Source: Syntrophales bacterium
GTDB taxonomy: Bacteria; Desulfobacterota; Syntrophia; Syntrophales; UBA2210
Assembly: GCA_963662405.2 (NCBI GenBank)
Contig: CAXXKT010000001.1
Span: 544,001-608,000 of the forward strand
DNA: 64,000 bases
Direction: 5' to 3'
How positions within the stretch are numbered: the first letter of the stretch is position 1; each line of letters opens with the position of its first letter. The translations under genes and the position numbers were made by a program. Shown one piece after another: positions 10,046-21,557 of the stretch. The notes beneath the pieces are model-generated. The model did no database searches, was not told the origin of the DNA, and was given only the letters and a program-made list of their open reading frames with translations.

Positions 10046-11317
10046 ATGAAGTTCGGACGATCAATACTCCTCCCTTTCAAGATCTTTCTGAAACAACAAC
10101 TCGGCAGACCATTCATACAACCCGCATATCAGATAGCACGAAGATGTATCGCGAGAAACGGGTTCTTCATCCTGTACAAACGGACCCTCTTGAGGAATCG
10201 GTGCCGGAGTGATCTTTCCTGTTCGGATACCGGGGGTAATCGGATGATCGCCGCGGGGGAACACCGGGATCCGATTCCCTCACTTTTAACAGGCGAGAAA
10301 AGTCCGAATCCATTGACGATCGGCTTTATTATCACGGAAGATCATCCATCGACCATATACGGAGACTATTTTACCGCGCACGGCCTCGGGGACGAACTGG
10401 AACAATACGGTTATCGGGTCGTCTATCTCGCCGAGCGTCCCCGGTACGCATGGCACCTCCTCTCGTCGATCGACATACTGGTGGTCATGAGACACGACTT
10501 CGACCCCTTTCTGCTTCGGCACTTCCCCGGGATAACAAGCGTCGCCTGGATCAGGGGATATGTGGACGAGTGGTGCCGGGCACCCTGGTTTCACCGATAC
10601 GATATCGTCCTCACCACATCTGATCTTTCGCTCCGACACGCCACCCGGTTCACCGACCCCGGGAAATGTCTCGCCGTCCTGAGGCTGGCGGCCGATACCG
10701 GGACCTTTAAACCCGGTCCGTGCCGATCCGAATTCGCATCGGACATCTCTTTCGTGGGAAACATCTTTGAGGTCCCCCGCCGGTTCACACGCATGCTCAC
10801 CGTTGATCCCGGCATGACCTGCGGCATCTACGGAGATATACTGGACCCGCACCACCCCTTTCGCCGCTATCATCGTGGCACGGTGTCTCACGATGATATT
10901 CCGAAGATATACAATTCCTCCAAGATCGTCCTGGAGGACTGCACCCCCATGTGCCGGCCCTGGGGGTGTATCAACAGCAGGACATTCGAGGCAATGGCTT
11001 GCGGGGCATGCGTCGTGTCCAACGAGGTCCCCGGTCTGAAAGAACTGTTCGGTGATGCGATCCTCACGTACCGGAATCGCACAGACTTACATGCCACGAT
11101 ATCATGGGTCCTGTCACATGAAAGGGAGAGAAGGGAAATCGGTGAAAAGGCCCGGGAGGTAATTGTGCGTCTCCATACCTACCGGCACCGAGCCGAAGAA
11201 TTCAGGAATATTTTATTTCGCCACTTCGGGATCGACCCACCCGGGAAAGACCGGGGCACTCCGCACACAGAACATCGCGATCCCGCAGGGAACACAGAAC
11301 CGACATCACCCCTTTGA
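10046..11317 (+). CDS. CgeB-like / Glyco_trans_1_2 glycosyltransferase (divergently transcribed)
   Basis: YGDYFTAHGL (cf. WGDYHLA of 2272-3210), DISFVGN, YNSSKIVL, INSRTFEAMACG, HTYRHRA. Confidence 0.82.
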   Translation: MKFGRSILLPFKIFLKQQLGRPFIQPAYQIARRCIARNGFFILYKRTLLRNRCRSDLSCSDTGGNRMIAAGEHRDPIPSLLTGEKSPNPLTIGFIITEDHPSTIYGDYFTAHGLGDELEQYGYRVVYLAERPRYAWHLLSSIDILVVMRHDFDPFLLRHFPGITSVAWIRGYVDEWCRAPWFHRYDIVLTTSDLSLRHATRFTDPGKCLAVLRLAADTGTFKPGPCRSEFASDISFVGNIFEVPRRFTRMLTVDPGMTCGIYGDILDPHHPFRRYHRGTVSHDDIPKIYNSSKIVLEDCTPMCRPWGCINSRTFEAMACGACVVSNEVPGLKELFGDAILTYRNRTDLHATISWVLSHERERREIGEKAREVIVRLHTYRHRAEEFRNILFRHFGIDPPGKDRGTPHTEHRDPAGNTEPTSPL

Positions 11318-11483
11318 ACGGAGCCGTTCGTTTTTCGAATGAATAGATCCGACAGACAAGGAAGCTCGATATGTCGTGATCCACCATTCCCTGAAGCGTT
11401 CCCTCATCAGCGTCACCGGCATCGCACGGCCCCACAGCCATGTACCTTTCAGGCATCCCCGACGGGGATGCGGCTCACGAGCC

Positions 11484-13073
11484 TCACCCGGGCCTCCTCG
11501 CCTGGTGGACGGTAAAGGTCTCCCCCGCGATGATCATTGTGCCCGTACGAGCGCTTGTGCACGTATTCGTTGTAACGGTATAATCGACGGCCCCGTTTCC
11601 GCTTCCGCTGCTTCCCCGTGTAATCACGATCCAGTCGCTATTGCTTTCGCTGCTCGCGGCCGTCCATGCACAGCCGCTCGGAGCGAAGACCTCCACAGTG
11701 CCTGTCCCGTAGCCGTATTCGAAATTAGCGACCTTCGGCTCGATATCATAGGTGCAGCCAACCGGTCCGGCAAGGGCGGGGAGGGCGTCCAGCATCATAT
11801 CATCGAAGGAGGCGTTGACCTGAAGCGCGGCCAGAGCCCGGTCCGATACGTAGCCGATATAGGTGGCCCCGGTAATATCTCCCGCAAAGAGATCCACCGG
11901 TGCCCCGGAGCGCTTCGCATACGCGCCCAGTGCAACCACTTCCGTCGCGATCACGTCACCCGTGTCATTGTACGCCGTCAGGGTCACCGTCGCCGCAGCA
12001 TCCTCCGTGTTCGCAAAGGCAATCTCCGTCGTACCGTCCCGCTCCAGCTTGGAGAAAACACCCGCCGTCCCGGTGATGCCGACGCAGCTGCAGCCGGCCA
12101 GACGGTTCGTACCCTGCGCCAGAAGTTCGAGACCCGTGATCTCGGCCGTCGACTCTATCTTCAGCCAGGCCGTCGTCTCATCCACGAGTTGTGATACCAG
12201 CCCGATATAGTGCGCACCCCCGGCAATCTCCTCTTCCGCCTGGGGAAGGGCCACACCCGCCGCCGTATACGGAGAAATGGTGAGGTCACATTTCGTCTCC
12301 GACGGATTGTAGGCCACAATACCCGTCCCCCAGTCGCCCGCGTTCCGGGTATGCGGATAGTACATGGTCGTGGCGGTCCTGTCCTTCAGCAGGATACCGC
12401 TCATCTGGTACCCCACACCGTTGGTGAAGATCTCCAGTCCGATCACCCCGTCCGCATCACGGATCACGGCCGAATTGATCCCCGGCTGGTACTGACCGCC
12501 AAAGAGGGACCTGACCAGCACCGCCGTGTGCTCATGGGCCGCCAGATCCACATCACGGGTCTGCCCGTTGTCGAACTCGATCGTCACGGTCTTGGCCGAC
12601 GCGGTCGTATTGAGAAGGCTGATCCCGGTTCCCCACCCCTTGGCTTCATCGGACGCAATATGGGTGACGTAGATGTCTCCGGCGTTGATCTCGGATACGG
12701 CGGGAATCGCAACGCGATAGTACCCCTCCCGGTAGAACTTCGTGTACCCCACAATGGTATCCGAATTCGACTCGAAGACGATGTAGCCGATATTTGCCGA
12801 ATCGGTAAAATCGTCACACACGGAAATCTCCCACCGGCCGTGGGGAGGGAGGGTGACATCGTCGATCTCGGAGACCAGCACCCCCGCGTCGCTGTACGCG
12901 CGGAAGACACCGTCCACGGTACCGATTTCGCTCCGATTGATCGCGCAGATCTCCGTCCCCCACACGGTCGTGCACGCGACATGGGGATAGTAGAGGGAAT
13001 GGGCATGGGCGGGAACGCTACAAAGAAACACTCCGGCTAATGCCAACACAGTTAAGACGATTTTGGTTTTCAT
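11484..13073 (-). CDS. Secreted protein: four ~100-aa repeat modules + C-terminal BACON domain
   Basis: AAGGAG RBS, signal peptide MKTKIVLTVLALAGVFLCSVPAHA; C-terminus CAWTA..SDWIVIT.GSSGSGNGAVDYTV..N...RTGTMIIAGETFTVHQA is BACON-like. Confidence 0.8.
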   Translation of the reverse strand: MKTKIVLTVLALAGVFLCSVPAHAHSLYYPHVACTTVWGTEICAINRSEIGTVDGVFRAYSDAGVLVSEIDDVTLPPHGRWEISVCDDFTDSANIGYIVFESNSDTIVGYTKFYREGYYRVAIPAVSEINAGDIYVTHIASDEAKGWGTGISLLNTTASAKTVTIEFDNGQTRDVDLAAHEHTAVLVRSLFGGQYQPGINSAVIRDADGVIGLEIFTNGVGYQMSGILLKDRTATTMYYPHTRNAGDWGTGIVAYNPSETKCDLTISPYTAAGVALPQAEEEIAGGAHYIGLVSQLVDETTAWLKIESTAEITGLELLAQGTNRLAGCSCVGITGTAGVFSKLERDGTTEIAFANTEDAAATVTLTAYNDTGDVIATEVVALGAYAKRSGAPVDLFAGDITGATYIGYVSDRALAALQVNASFDDMMLDALPALAGPVGCTYDIEPKVANFEYGYGTGTVEVFAPSGCAWTAASSESNSDWIVITRGSSGSGNGAVDYTVTTNTCTSARTGTMIIAGETFTVHQARRPG

Positions 13074-14553
13074 GATAAACGCTCCTTGGTGAATCAAAGG
13101 TGATATAGAGAGATAGTCATAGGTTAACGTGGCATTTATAACATGCGTTATCTGATATTCTCAATGATATACACGGAAAAAACGCCGCTTTCTGGCCCCC
13201 TGCGGACTCGCGCATCAGGATTCCTTGCCATATCTGTACGGGACCACAGACGGACCGTGCTCTGACCCACCGGCAGGCTTCTCCTCGCCGTGGTGACGGA
13301 TCACAATGGCATTCGATGGATCACAGCCCCGGCAGCGCATCCAGCATCATGTTATCCGACGCGGCATTGACCTGAAGCGCGGCCAGGGCCCGGTCCGATA
13401 CGTAGCCGATATAGGTGGCCCCGGTAATATCTCCCGCAAAGATATCGACCGGTGCCCCGGAGCGCTTCGCATACGCACCCAGATCGATCTCTTCCGTGGC
13501 GATTACGTCACCGGCATCGTTGTACGCCGTCAGGGTCACCGTCGCCGCAGCGCCCTCTGTGTTCGCAAAGGCAATCTCCGTCGTACCGTCCCGCTCCAGC
13601 TTGGAGAAAACACCCGCCGTCCCGGTGATGCCGACGCAGCTGCAGCCGGCCAGACGGTTCGTACCCTGCGCCAGAAGTTCGAGACCCGTGATCTCGGCCG
13701 TCGACTCTATCTTCAGCCAGGCCGTCTCCGGAGAGACGAGGGCCGATACCAAACCAATATAGTGCGCCCCACCGGTAATCTCCACGTCATCATCTGGCGG
13801 GGGAAGGGCCACACCCGCCGCCGTATACGGAGAAATGGTGAGGTCACATGTCGTCTCCGACGGATTGTAGGCCACAATACCCGTCCCCCAGTCGCCCCCG
13901 TTCCGGGTATGCGGATAGTACATGGTCGTGGCGGTCCTGTCCTTCAGCAGGATACCGCTCATCTGGTACCCCACACCGTTGGTGAAGATCTCCAGTCCGA
14001 TCACCCCGTCCGCATCACGGATCACGGCCGAGTTGATCCCCGGCTGGTACTGACCGCCAAAGAGGGACCTGACCAGGACCGCCTTGTGCTCATGGGCCGC
14101 CAGATCCACATCACGGGTCTGCCCGTTGTCGAACTCGATCGTCACGGTCTTGGCCGACGCGGTCGTATTGAGAAGACTGATCCCGGTCCCCCACCCTCTG
14201 GCTTCATCGGACGCAATATGGGTGACGTAGATGTCTCCGGCGTTGATCTCGGATACGGCGGGAATCGCAGCTCGATAGTACCCCTCCCGGTAGAACTTCG
14301 TGTACCCCACCACGTCCTCGCTATCGGACTCGAAGACGATGTAGCCGATCTCCTCCGAATCGCTAAAATCGTCACACACGGCGATCTCCCTCCGGCCGTG
14401 GGGGGCAAGGGCGACATCGTCGATCTCGGAGACCAGCACCCCCGCGTCGCTGTACCCACGGAAGACACCATTGACTGTCTCGGTTGCGCTGGTGTTGATC
14501 GCGCAGATCTCCGTCCCCCAGACCCCTGTACATGCAATGTGGGGATAGTAGAG
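11783..14553. repeat. ~1.2-kb high-identity direct repeat (about 11783-12995 and 13336-14553) shared by the BACON protein and the S8 protease C-terminus
   Basis: Long identical stretches at DNA and protein level, e.g. GYTKFYREGYYR...EIFTNGVGYQMSGILLKDRTATTMYYPHTRN...MMLDALP. Confidence 0.9.
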
Positions 14554-17292
14554 CGTTGCTTCCGCGCCCTCCCCCGCCATCCCCCCGCTCACCACCAGGG
14601 CGAAGGGCTGCGGCCCCTGGGGCACGCTGTACCCGCTCACCCGGATGGTGTATGCCCCCGTTGCCGGGGTCGCCAGGGTCAGACCGACGACGTTGTTCGT
14701 CCGGTCGAAGGACGAATCATACTGGACATCGGCCCGTATCGCCGCGGTATATGAGTCGACCTCCCATACGGAGTCGTTGTGCGAGTAGCTCCTCCCCGTG
14801 GGGTTGCCATTCTGATTGAGATAGATGCCCTGGGTTACGTCATCCTCTTCTACTGCGACATAGAAATCACCGCTCGCCACGGTCACCCCCGTGATGGCCG
14901 TGGTGTTCCACCCCGACGGGACGGAGGCCATGGTCGTCCGGAAGAGTTCCGTCCCGGGGAGCCCCCCCGTCCCGTCGTCGTCATAGACAACGATGTCGAC
15001 CGCCGAAGGACTGGAAGAGGGATTATAGAAACGGAACACGGCCGCCGTCACCTGGGCGGGGTACGACTCGGGGGTAAAACGCACCGCCCAGCTCGACTCA
15101 GATCCATAATACCCGAAGCTGCCGCTTTCGTAGGCGATGGTGTCGTCCAGCGTAACCCCATCCGGGTAATGGACCGTCGCCGCCGGGTCCGTCACCCGGA
15201 GGTCCAGGTCATTGACCAGTCCCCCGTCGGCCGCGGGGGAGCCGGGGTAATCCGTCCAGACCAGGTTCACCTTGAACGGATATCCGGCATCCGAGACGGT
15301 GACCGGATATTCGGTATACTCCCCGGTCTCCAGCCCCCCCTGTTCATCATAGTACAGGATATGAAACGGGGGGACCGGAAAGACCCCCCCCCGCGAGATT
15401 CAGCCTCCCCCACCCCTCGACGTTGTTCGGGACGGGGGAGTCGGGGATCTCCTGGGCCGAACCGGTCCCGTACTGACCGGGGGAGATGTCCTCGGCGCTG
15501 TTCAGGAGGGCGGCCTTGATCAGGGCCGCCGAGGGCGGGGAAAACCCCTTCTCCTCCATCAGGTACTCCCGCATCAGGGCGGCCGCCCCCGCCGCCAGGG
15601 GGGTGGCCATGCTGGTCCCCCCGTTGTACAGGTAATAGCTGTTATACGCCCCCCACCCCGGCCTCCCGAAGTTGTCGGGAAAGGTTGCAACCGACGAGCG
15701 GGTGGAGAGGATCCACGTCCCCGGGGCCACGATATCGGGCTTGTACCTGCCGTCGAGACAGGGGCCGCGCGCGCTGAAGGCGACCATGCCACCGGGATCA
15801 TCGGCGAGACGGTCGGACGCGATGGGCTCGGCGGGATAGTCGTCAGGCCAGCTCGTCCCCCAGGTGGAGGAAAAGGAGGACCGGTCCCCCCTCCGACGCC
15901 CCCACGGTGAGACAGTTCTTCGCCGTCGCGGGGGAGCCGATACTGGAAAGATCGACCACGCCGTCTCCGTCCGCATCGGCCCCGTCGTTCCCCGCCGAAA
16001 AGAGGATCAGGAAATCCTTGTGGTCCCACATATACTCGTCGACGGTCTGCGAATCCGAATCATACCGGCCGTATGCCACGCTCCCCCAGCTGTTGGTGTG
16101 CAGGTCGGCCCCCGCCCCCTGCGCCTCGGCGAAGAGGGGGGGTGAGAACCCATGGAATGCCCTCCAATTTCTTCGAGGTGTTGTTCTCGACGGCCTGAAA
16201 GACGAGGCGGGCCTTGGGGGCCATCCCGGCGAAACAGGTGGCGGGGAAGCTGTCCACGGAGGGATCGCTCCCCGATTCACGGCCGTTTCCCAGGACGGAA
16301 CCGGCGACATGGGTCCCGTGTCCGGAATTGACGTCATCGGCACCGTCCCCGTACCCGACACAGTCGATAATCGTGGTCACCCGCGTCCCCCCCGAGCCGT
16401 CTTCAAAGTCGTCGTGAAGGGAGCCGGGATCGGCCGAGCCCCGATCGAGGCCCGTGTCGCAGACACCCACCGTCTGCCCCTCGCCGTAGAGGCCGTGGGT
16501 GTCACGGGGGGTCCTGACCCCCATGAGGTCCGTCGATCTGTCGTTGTGGAGCCTCCGCTCGGGCCACGGCTCGACCCACCGGACCCCGGTGATGCCGGGG
16601 AGATCTCCCACCCGGTCTCTCGGAACCGTCACCTTCAGGGAGGTCCGCCATTGTGTGGACATCTCTTCCGTAACGGTGCCACCCAGCGCGGTAATCTCCG
16701 AGCTGATCCGGTCAAGGTCCTCACCGGGGAAGACCGAGGCACGGAGGACCACGGAGGCATCTCCGTCCCCCCGTGAAGACACCGTGCGCGCCCTATCCAG
16801 ACAACGGCGATCGATCCGGTACGAGGGCTGGAAGATCCCCACCCAGCGGACGTGCGGGAGGGCGCGGACAGCCTCTTCCTTTCCCGGATCCAGACGCACG
16901 ATAAAGGCGTACCGGGGAATGTAATCGAAGATATCACCCGCTTCACTGAGCCCTTCCTTCCAGGCGGCCTGCACGGGACCGTCGAACTGGACAATGTAGT
17001 ACCCGGTCTCTCCCTCCCCGTACGACTCGATCTTCCTGACGGTCTCCTCCTGCGGCGGGCTCTCACCGAGCGGGTCGAAGGGGGTACGCCCCAGTCGCAG
17101 CTCAAAAGGTTTATGATTCTTTACCTGATTTCGGACCGATTCCTGGGGAGTCTTCGCGGCGGCTATCGTCTCATCTATCGCCATGATCCGTTCGATCTCC
17201 CCCGCACGGGAGGGAACGACAGGGCAGCAAAGGGCAAAAAAGAGGGCCGGGAAAAGGCACCGGCCCATCACTCTGATTGCCTTTCGTTTCAT
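13321..17292 (-). CDS. S8 (subtilisin-like) serine peptidase, ~1320 aa when reconstructed, interrupted by three +1 frameshifts; C-terminal four repeat modules
   Basis: Signal peptide and YIVQF propeptide; triad VCDTG / HGTHVAG / GGTSMATP spread over ORFs 16060-17370, 15843-16361, 15347-15976, 13321-15270; frame changes at homopolymers G7 16136-16142, C6 15886-15891, C9 15384-15392. Confidence 0.85.
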
Positions 17293-17379
17293 GAAATTCG
17301 TTGCCTTCCGTATCGTCTTATACCGGTCTTCAGTGTCTAGCAGGTGGAGAAACGCCCATGGGAAACGCACTCCACGCCG

Positions 17380-17940
17380 TCAATCAACAGGGTTTGTACG
17401 CTCCCCGTCCTCGCGCCATTCTCCCGGATCACCGGCAAGCGGTTGGGACAGTGCGACTGGCCCCGTGTAATAAGGCCAATCCCAGCTGGCGGGCCACCCG
17501 AAGAAGGTCTGAAAGCCGAATCCGCCCGTCGAGTTGGCGAAAAACTGAGTGACCGTGAATCGGCCCAACGTCGAATAGATGTAAAAACGGACAGGAGGTG
17601 TATATTCCGGCGCAAGCGCGGAGACCTCCTTTCCCGATGCCGTCACGTATGGAGGAAGATTGAACAGGTCATCAAGCATCCCCGTCCACCCGCCGTGATG
17701 ATCAGCCAGATCCAGGGTCACGCTTTTGACAAGTCCATCTATATCGTACAGGTCTATAACAAATTCTTCCGCCGTGGAGAAGGTCCCTACAATATGGAAT
17801 CCCGTGTTCCAGCCACCGGTATTGGTATTATAGGGGATAAAAGAGCGATACTCCCACGCCCCCGCTTCTTGCGGGGTCAAGGCACCTCCCATGATCAGGC
17901 CGATCACGATGAGAGAGGCGATAATGATCCGTGTTTTCAT
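17380..17940 (-). CDS. Secreted hypothetical protein with one repeat-module-like segment
   Basis: AAGGAGG RBS, signal peptide MKTRIIIASLIVIGLIMGGALTPQEAGA; SFIPYNTNTGGWNTGFHIVG resembles the module motif. Confidence 0.7.
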   Translation of the reverse strand: MKTRIIIASLIVIGLIMGGALTPQEAGAWEYRSFIPYNTNTGGWNTGFHIVGTFSTAEEFVIDLYDIDGLVKSVTLDLADHHGGWTGMLDDLFNLPPYVTASGKEVSALAPEYTPPVRFYIYSTLGRFTVTQFFANSTGGFGFQTFFGWPASWDWPYYTGPVALSQPLAGDPGEWREDGERTNPVD

Positions 17941-18052
17941 GACACCCTCCTTTGTTGCTGCCGCCCGATCCGCTCCCCGTGATTTCGGGATCGTATCAAA
18001 GCGGAGATTTCCGTTCGTTGACCACTTCTCCGTTCCCATAGACGTGGCATTG

Positions 18053-18082
18053 ATTATAAACCAGCTCTCGCCGCAGTGTCAA
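18053..18082 (-). promoter_or_regulatory. Consensus sigma70 promoter upstream of the 17940 gene and S8 protease
   Basis: Minus strand TTGACA (18082-18077), 18-nt spacer, TATAAT (18058-18053). Confidence 0.7.
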
Positions 18083-18129
18083 CCCATTCGGCCCCGCCGG
18101 GGACGGCGGCTCCCCTCCGTGACTGACTG

Positions 18130-18771
18130 TTATTTGACCGCAACCAGGGTGACCCGGTCCTTCGGCTTGCCGGGTTCGGCGGGAAGCATACAGCGATAGG
18201 CGGATGAAAAACCGATCCTGCCCAGTATCTCCATGATCGACTGTTCCGTGAGCCAGAAGCTGTAGTCATTGTCGATGGAGGCCCTGACGCTGGCCTCCTT
18301 TTTTTCCGGGGAGGAACCGCGCCGGTGTTCCCGGAACAGATGCCCCCGCACCGTCAGTCCGTTCCACTCCCTGGTCTTCCGGGGCCTGAGCGACACATGG
18401 GTATCGATAATCAGAAGCCGCCCGCACATCCGGCCGATCCGTTCGAGGACGGCGACCGCATCGGGGAAATCAAGGTGATACAGGATACCGAGAAAGTAAA
18501 TGACCTCCCACCGCCCGTGGCTCGCCACCGACATGTCTCTCACATCGATCTGTTCGAAGGTACAGTGGAGTCCTTCCTCCTTCGCCCGGCTCCTGCCCAG
18601 ATCCATCCGTTCGGAGCGGGCATCCGTCGCATGGATGCGCGCCGCAGGGAAACGCCGGGCGGCCTCCAGGGCGTAGAGCCCCTGGCCGCACGCCAGATCC
18701 AGGATGGAACTGCACGACGACAGATCACGGGTAATCTGCATTATCCGGGTAATCTTCTCGTGGATCTGCAT
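18130..18771 (-). CDS. Class I SAM-dependent methyltransferase
   Basis: ILDLACGQGLYA, FLGILYHL, LLIIDTH. Confidence 0.85.
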   Translation of the reverse strand: MQIHEKITRIMQITRDLSSCSSILDLACGQGLYALEAARRFPAARIHATDARSERMDLGRSRAKEEGLHCTFEQIDVRDMSVASHGRWEVIYFLGILYHLDFPDAVAVLERIGRMCGRLLIIDTHVSLRPRKTREWNGLTVRGHLFREHRRGSSPEKKEASVRASIDNDYSFWLTEQSIMEILGRIGFSSAYRCMLPAEPGKPKDRVTLVAVK

Positions 18772-18810
18772 CTTCTTTCCCCTTCCTCACGGCCGTACCG
18801 GTCTCGTCAA

Positions 18811-20484
18811 TCACCGAAGGCGAAACACCTTTACGAAATTATCCTGATACAGCAATGTGCCACCCGCGGGCGAGAATCGTTCCAGCATCTCGTCACCACC
18901 GAACAACGTATCAACCAGGGGCTTCTTCATTAAATACGCTGCAGCCTCAAGCTGAGACCACGCGTACGGGTCTGATCGGGCTGCCTCCAGCCACTGTAAC
19001 AGCTCTCGCTTGATATTATAATGATGGATCCAGTACACCGGCCGAGTTGCCGGATCCGCCCCATCGGGACGAAACACCGTTGTGAATCTGAAGTTGTCGT
19101 TTTCTTCAAATATCCGCTGGGCAAAGCCGGGAGATATCCCGGCTGTTGTGATGGCATGACCATGGACGGAACTGTATCGGCCGTAGAGAGGGAAGGTGTA
19201 AATTCTTGGGGATTCGACAATATCGCCCTTTGCGCCCAGTTGTTTGACGAGTTCTGCATAGACGGTCCGTACCGGGACGCGACCGGGGGGTAGTGTTGTC
19301 CGATTCAGCATCATCACCATCGGGTGAACCGGATACGTGTCCGCCCGTGACATACAATAGTTCCCCGTGTCCACATGGTAATAGCCGTATCCCCCCAGAA
19401 GGACAAACACAACAAGCCACCCGGCCGTGCCGCAGGGCTTCGCCAACCGGGCGACACCGGCGCTCCAGAACACGATCAACAGGGGGAACAGATGGATCCA
19501 GTAGCGCAGCCAGACCCACGGGATATGGTCCAACCGCGGGTTCGCCACGTGAATCGTGAGGATCTGGACGGCCACGGCCATCGCCACGATCATCACCTGT
19601 CGCGGCCAGCGAGGGAAACAGGCGATGAGTCCGCTCAACGCGATCAACAACCATGCCCATACCGGCACAAAGACCGGCAGCGCATGAACCAGGAGCAAGC
19701 CGTTCCTGGCCGTCTGCATATCCGCTTTGCCCAGGGCCAACTTATGGGTCATGCCGTCAAGAAATGACGGGAGGGCAGGTCCCGAAGTTATCGCGACAAA
19801 GCCAGCGCCGATTACGGTGGCGAGTATATAGTTCCGACCCCACCGTTTATTTCCGTCAGTGGAGCCGGCGCACAGGACGAGAGGGGAAAGCCACAAGACG
19901 GCGACACTGGGAAAAACAACCGGCTGAAAATAAATTGCCAGCGCCAGTATCCCGGATGCGACGGTTAACGGTATCAGCCGTCGGCCGTTGTCTCTGTCCA
20001 TCAGGATAAAACCGGACCACGTAATGAGCAACATGATAACGGCATAGGGCCTCGCCTCCCGTGCGATGTACACAACATAGGGAGACACGGCGAAAAACCC
20101 GGTGACCAGCGAAGCAACCGCGGAACCGGCGTATTTCCGCCCATACCAGAAGACCACACAGAGGAGGAGTGTTCCCGCCAGAACGGCTGGCAATCGCAGT
20201 GTCAATTCGGTAAGACCCGTGGTTTCAAGCAATAATTTATTATACAGGGTATAGGGAATACAGGCGTCACTTGCCGTAAAATGAGTGGCGTTCCATAAGA
20301 AGGATTTTTCAGAGGCGAACCGAAGGGTGTGGAGTTCATCGGCAAAGATCTGGACCGACCCGATACACCGGAATCTCAGCCATATCCCAATCGCAAAGGC
20401 AACCCCTGTGCAGATAGACACTACTCCGGCAATCGCCAAACGGGACAGTCCATGATTACAATGCTTTTGATATAATGCGCGCAT
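18811..20484 (-). CDS. GT-C fold (PMT/ArnT-like) membrane glycosyltransferase
   Basis: FADE after TM1, LRLPAVLAG, SPYVVYIAREARPYA, ~11 TM segments, periplasmic tail. Confidence 0.7.
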   Translation of the reverse strand: MRALYQKHCNHGLSRLAIAGVVSICTGVAFAIGIWLRFRCIGSVQIFADELHTLRFASEKSFLWNATHFTASDACIPYTLYNKLLLETTGLTELTLRLPAVLAGTLLLCVVFWYGRKYAGSAVASLVTGFFAVSPYVVYIAREARPYAVIMLLITWSGFILMDRDNGRRLIPLTVASGILALAIYFQPVVFPSVAVLWLSPLVLCAGSTDGNKRWGRNYILATVIGAGFVAITSGPALPSFLDGMTHKLALGKADMQTARNGLLLVHALPVFVPVWAWLLIALSGLIACFPRWPRQVMIVAMAVAVQILTIHVANPRLDHIPWVWLRYWIHLFPLLIVFWSAGVARLAKPCGTAGWLVVFVLLGGYGYYHVDTGNYCMSRADTYPVHPMVMMLNRTTLPPGRVPVRTVYAELVKQLGAKGDIVESPRIYTFPLYGRYSSVHGHAITTAGISPGFAQRIFEENDNFRFTTVFRPDGADPATRPVYWIHHYNIKRELLQWLEAARSDPYAWSQLEAAAYLMKKPLVDTLFGGDEMLERFSPAGGTLLYQDNFVKVFRLR

Positions 20485-20507
20485 CTATCTCCCCGGCGTT
20501 ACCAGCT

Positions 20508-21557
20508 TTACCGGCACGTCTCACCACCCCAACGGCGCGGTACGATATTCCGGCTCGTCAACTCCTCAGCGAGGGCCCGGGTGAAGGGGGGGGCATCACG
20601 CCGGTCCAGATGCGACCCCTCGGGACACGTAATACCCTCAATCCCCTCGATATCCCTGAAATGGATGGTGCAGGCTCCCGTCAGATCGGCGATACGATCC
20701 CAGTACTCCTTCCGGGGGTAGAAGCGTTCATCAATCTCCCAGTGTTCGCCGCTCGAAGGCAAACGGACAAAGACAACTCTTCCCCCGCGACGGGTAATCG
20801 TCTCCACAAAAGGTCTGATCTCTGCGGCATTCCCGCGCCACTCCTCAGGAGGAAGCGGAGGCTCCTGGGAGTAGATCTCTCGGATCCGCTTGATCCGATA
20901 GGCATAATGTTTCTTGATGTTCGTCATCGTATAATCCGCGCGCCGTGATCGATCGTGCCGGGTTACCAGATAGCGAGGCTGCGGAAGTCTGCCCGTTTTA
21001 TCATATGATTCGATCAGCCGTTCCACCTTCAGATAGGGATCGATAACCACGAGGCGGTTCTGGATGGCGGAGGACACCCAGCGGTTCAGGCGCGTATTGG
21101 GGGTTGAAACCGTGTGGTAATAGGCCACATAATCTTCCTGATCCTCCCGGAACTGCCGCTGAAATCCCATAGCGGTGATGGAACAGAGAACAACACCGGA
21201 GAACTTCGTATTGTTCGCCAGATCACGCAGGGCGGCGATCGGATGCTTTCCGTTAACCGCGAGCTGAATGATCTCCCGGCAGGGAAAGACCTCACGGAGC
21301 ACATCCAGAGAAAGATCAAGCTGGATACGCGAGGCCCCGAGCAGTACGATGGCCTCCTTTCCTGCCTTCTCAACCCTCGAACGATGGACAGACCACAGCT
21401 CCGGATCGTCCACCACGGTCGGCTTATGTCCCTGCGCACGCCAGAAGATCTCCATACCTCCCAGTACCAAAGCAACCAGAAGGAATGCCGCGAGCCACAC
21501 CCGTGGCCATCGATCGGCGTAAGACTGATGATTAGAACTGGAAATAGATGAAGGCAC
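20508..21557 (-). CDS. SGNH/DltD-like periplasmic acyltransferase partner of the MBOAT
   Basis: N-terminal TM, LLGASR (Ser block), C-terminal EGSHL; overlaps the MBOAT stop. Confidence 0.65.
   Translation of the reverse strand: MPSSISSSNHQSYADRWPRVWLAAFLLVALVLGGMEIFWRAQGHKPTVVDDPELWSVHRSRVEKAGKEAIVLLGASRIQLDLSLDVLREVFPCREIIQLAVNGKHPIAALRDLANNTKFSGVVLCSITAMGFQRQFREDQEDYVAYYHTVSTPNTRLNRWVSSAIQNRLVVIDPYLKVERLIESYDKTGRLPQPRYLVTRHDRSRRADYTMTNIKKHYAYRIKRIREIYSQEPPLPPEEWRGNAAEIRPFVETITRRGGRVVFVRLPSSGEHWEIDERFYPRKEYWDRIADLTGACTIHFRDIEGIEGITCPEGSHLDRRDAPPFTRALAEELTSRNIVPRRWGGETCR

Noticed and set aside
11783..14553. Diversity-generating retroelement TR/VR pair
   Set aside because: No reverse transcriptase in the window, both copies are coding, and differences include indels and are not adenine-restricted
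13306..14754. Long plus-strand ORFs (also 46767-48140, 60740-62203, 52512-53642, 24665-25441)
   Set aside because: Antisense shadows of well-supported minus-strand genes in GC-rich DNA; no recognisable motifs
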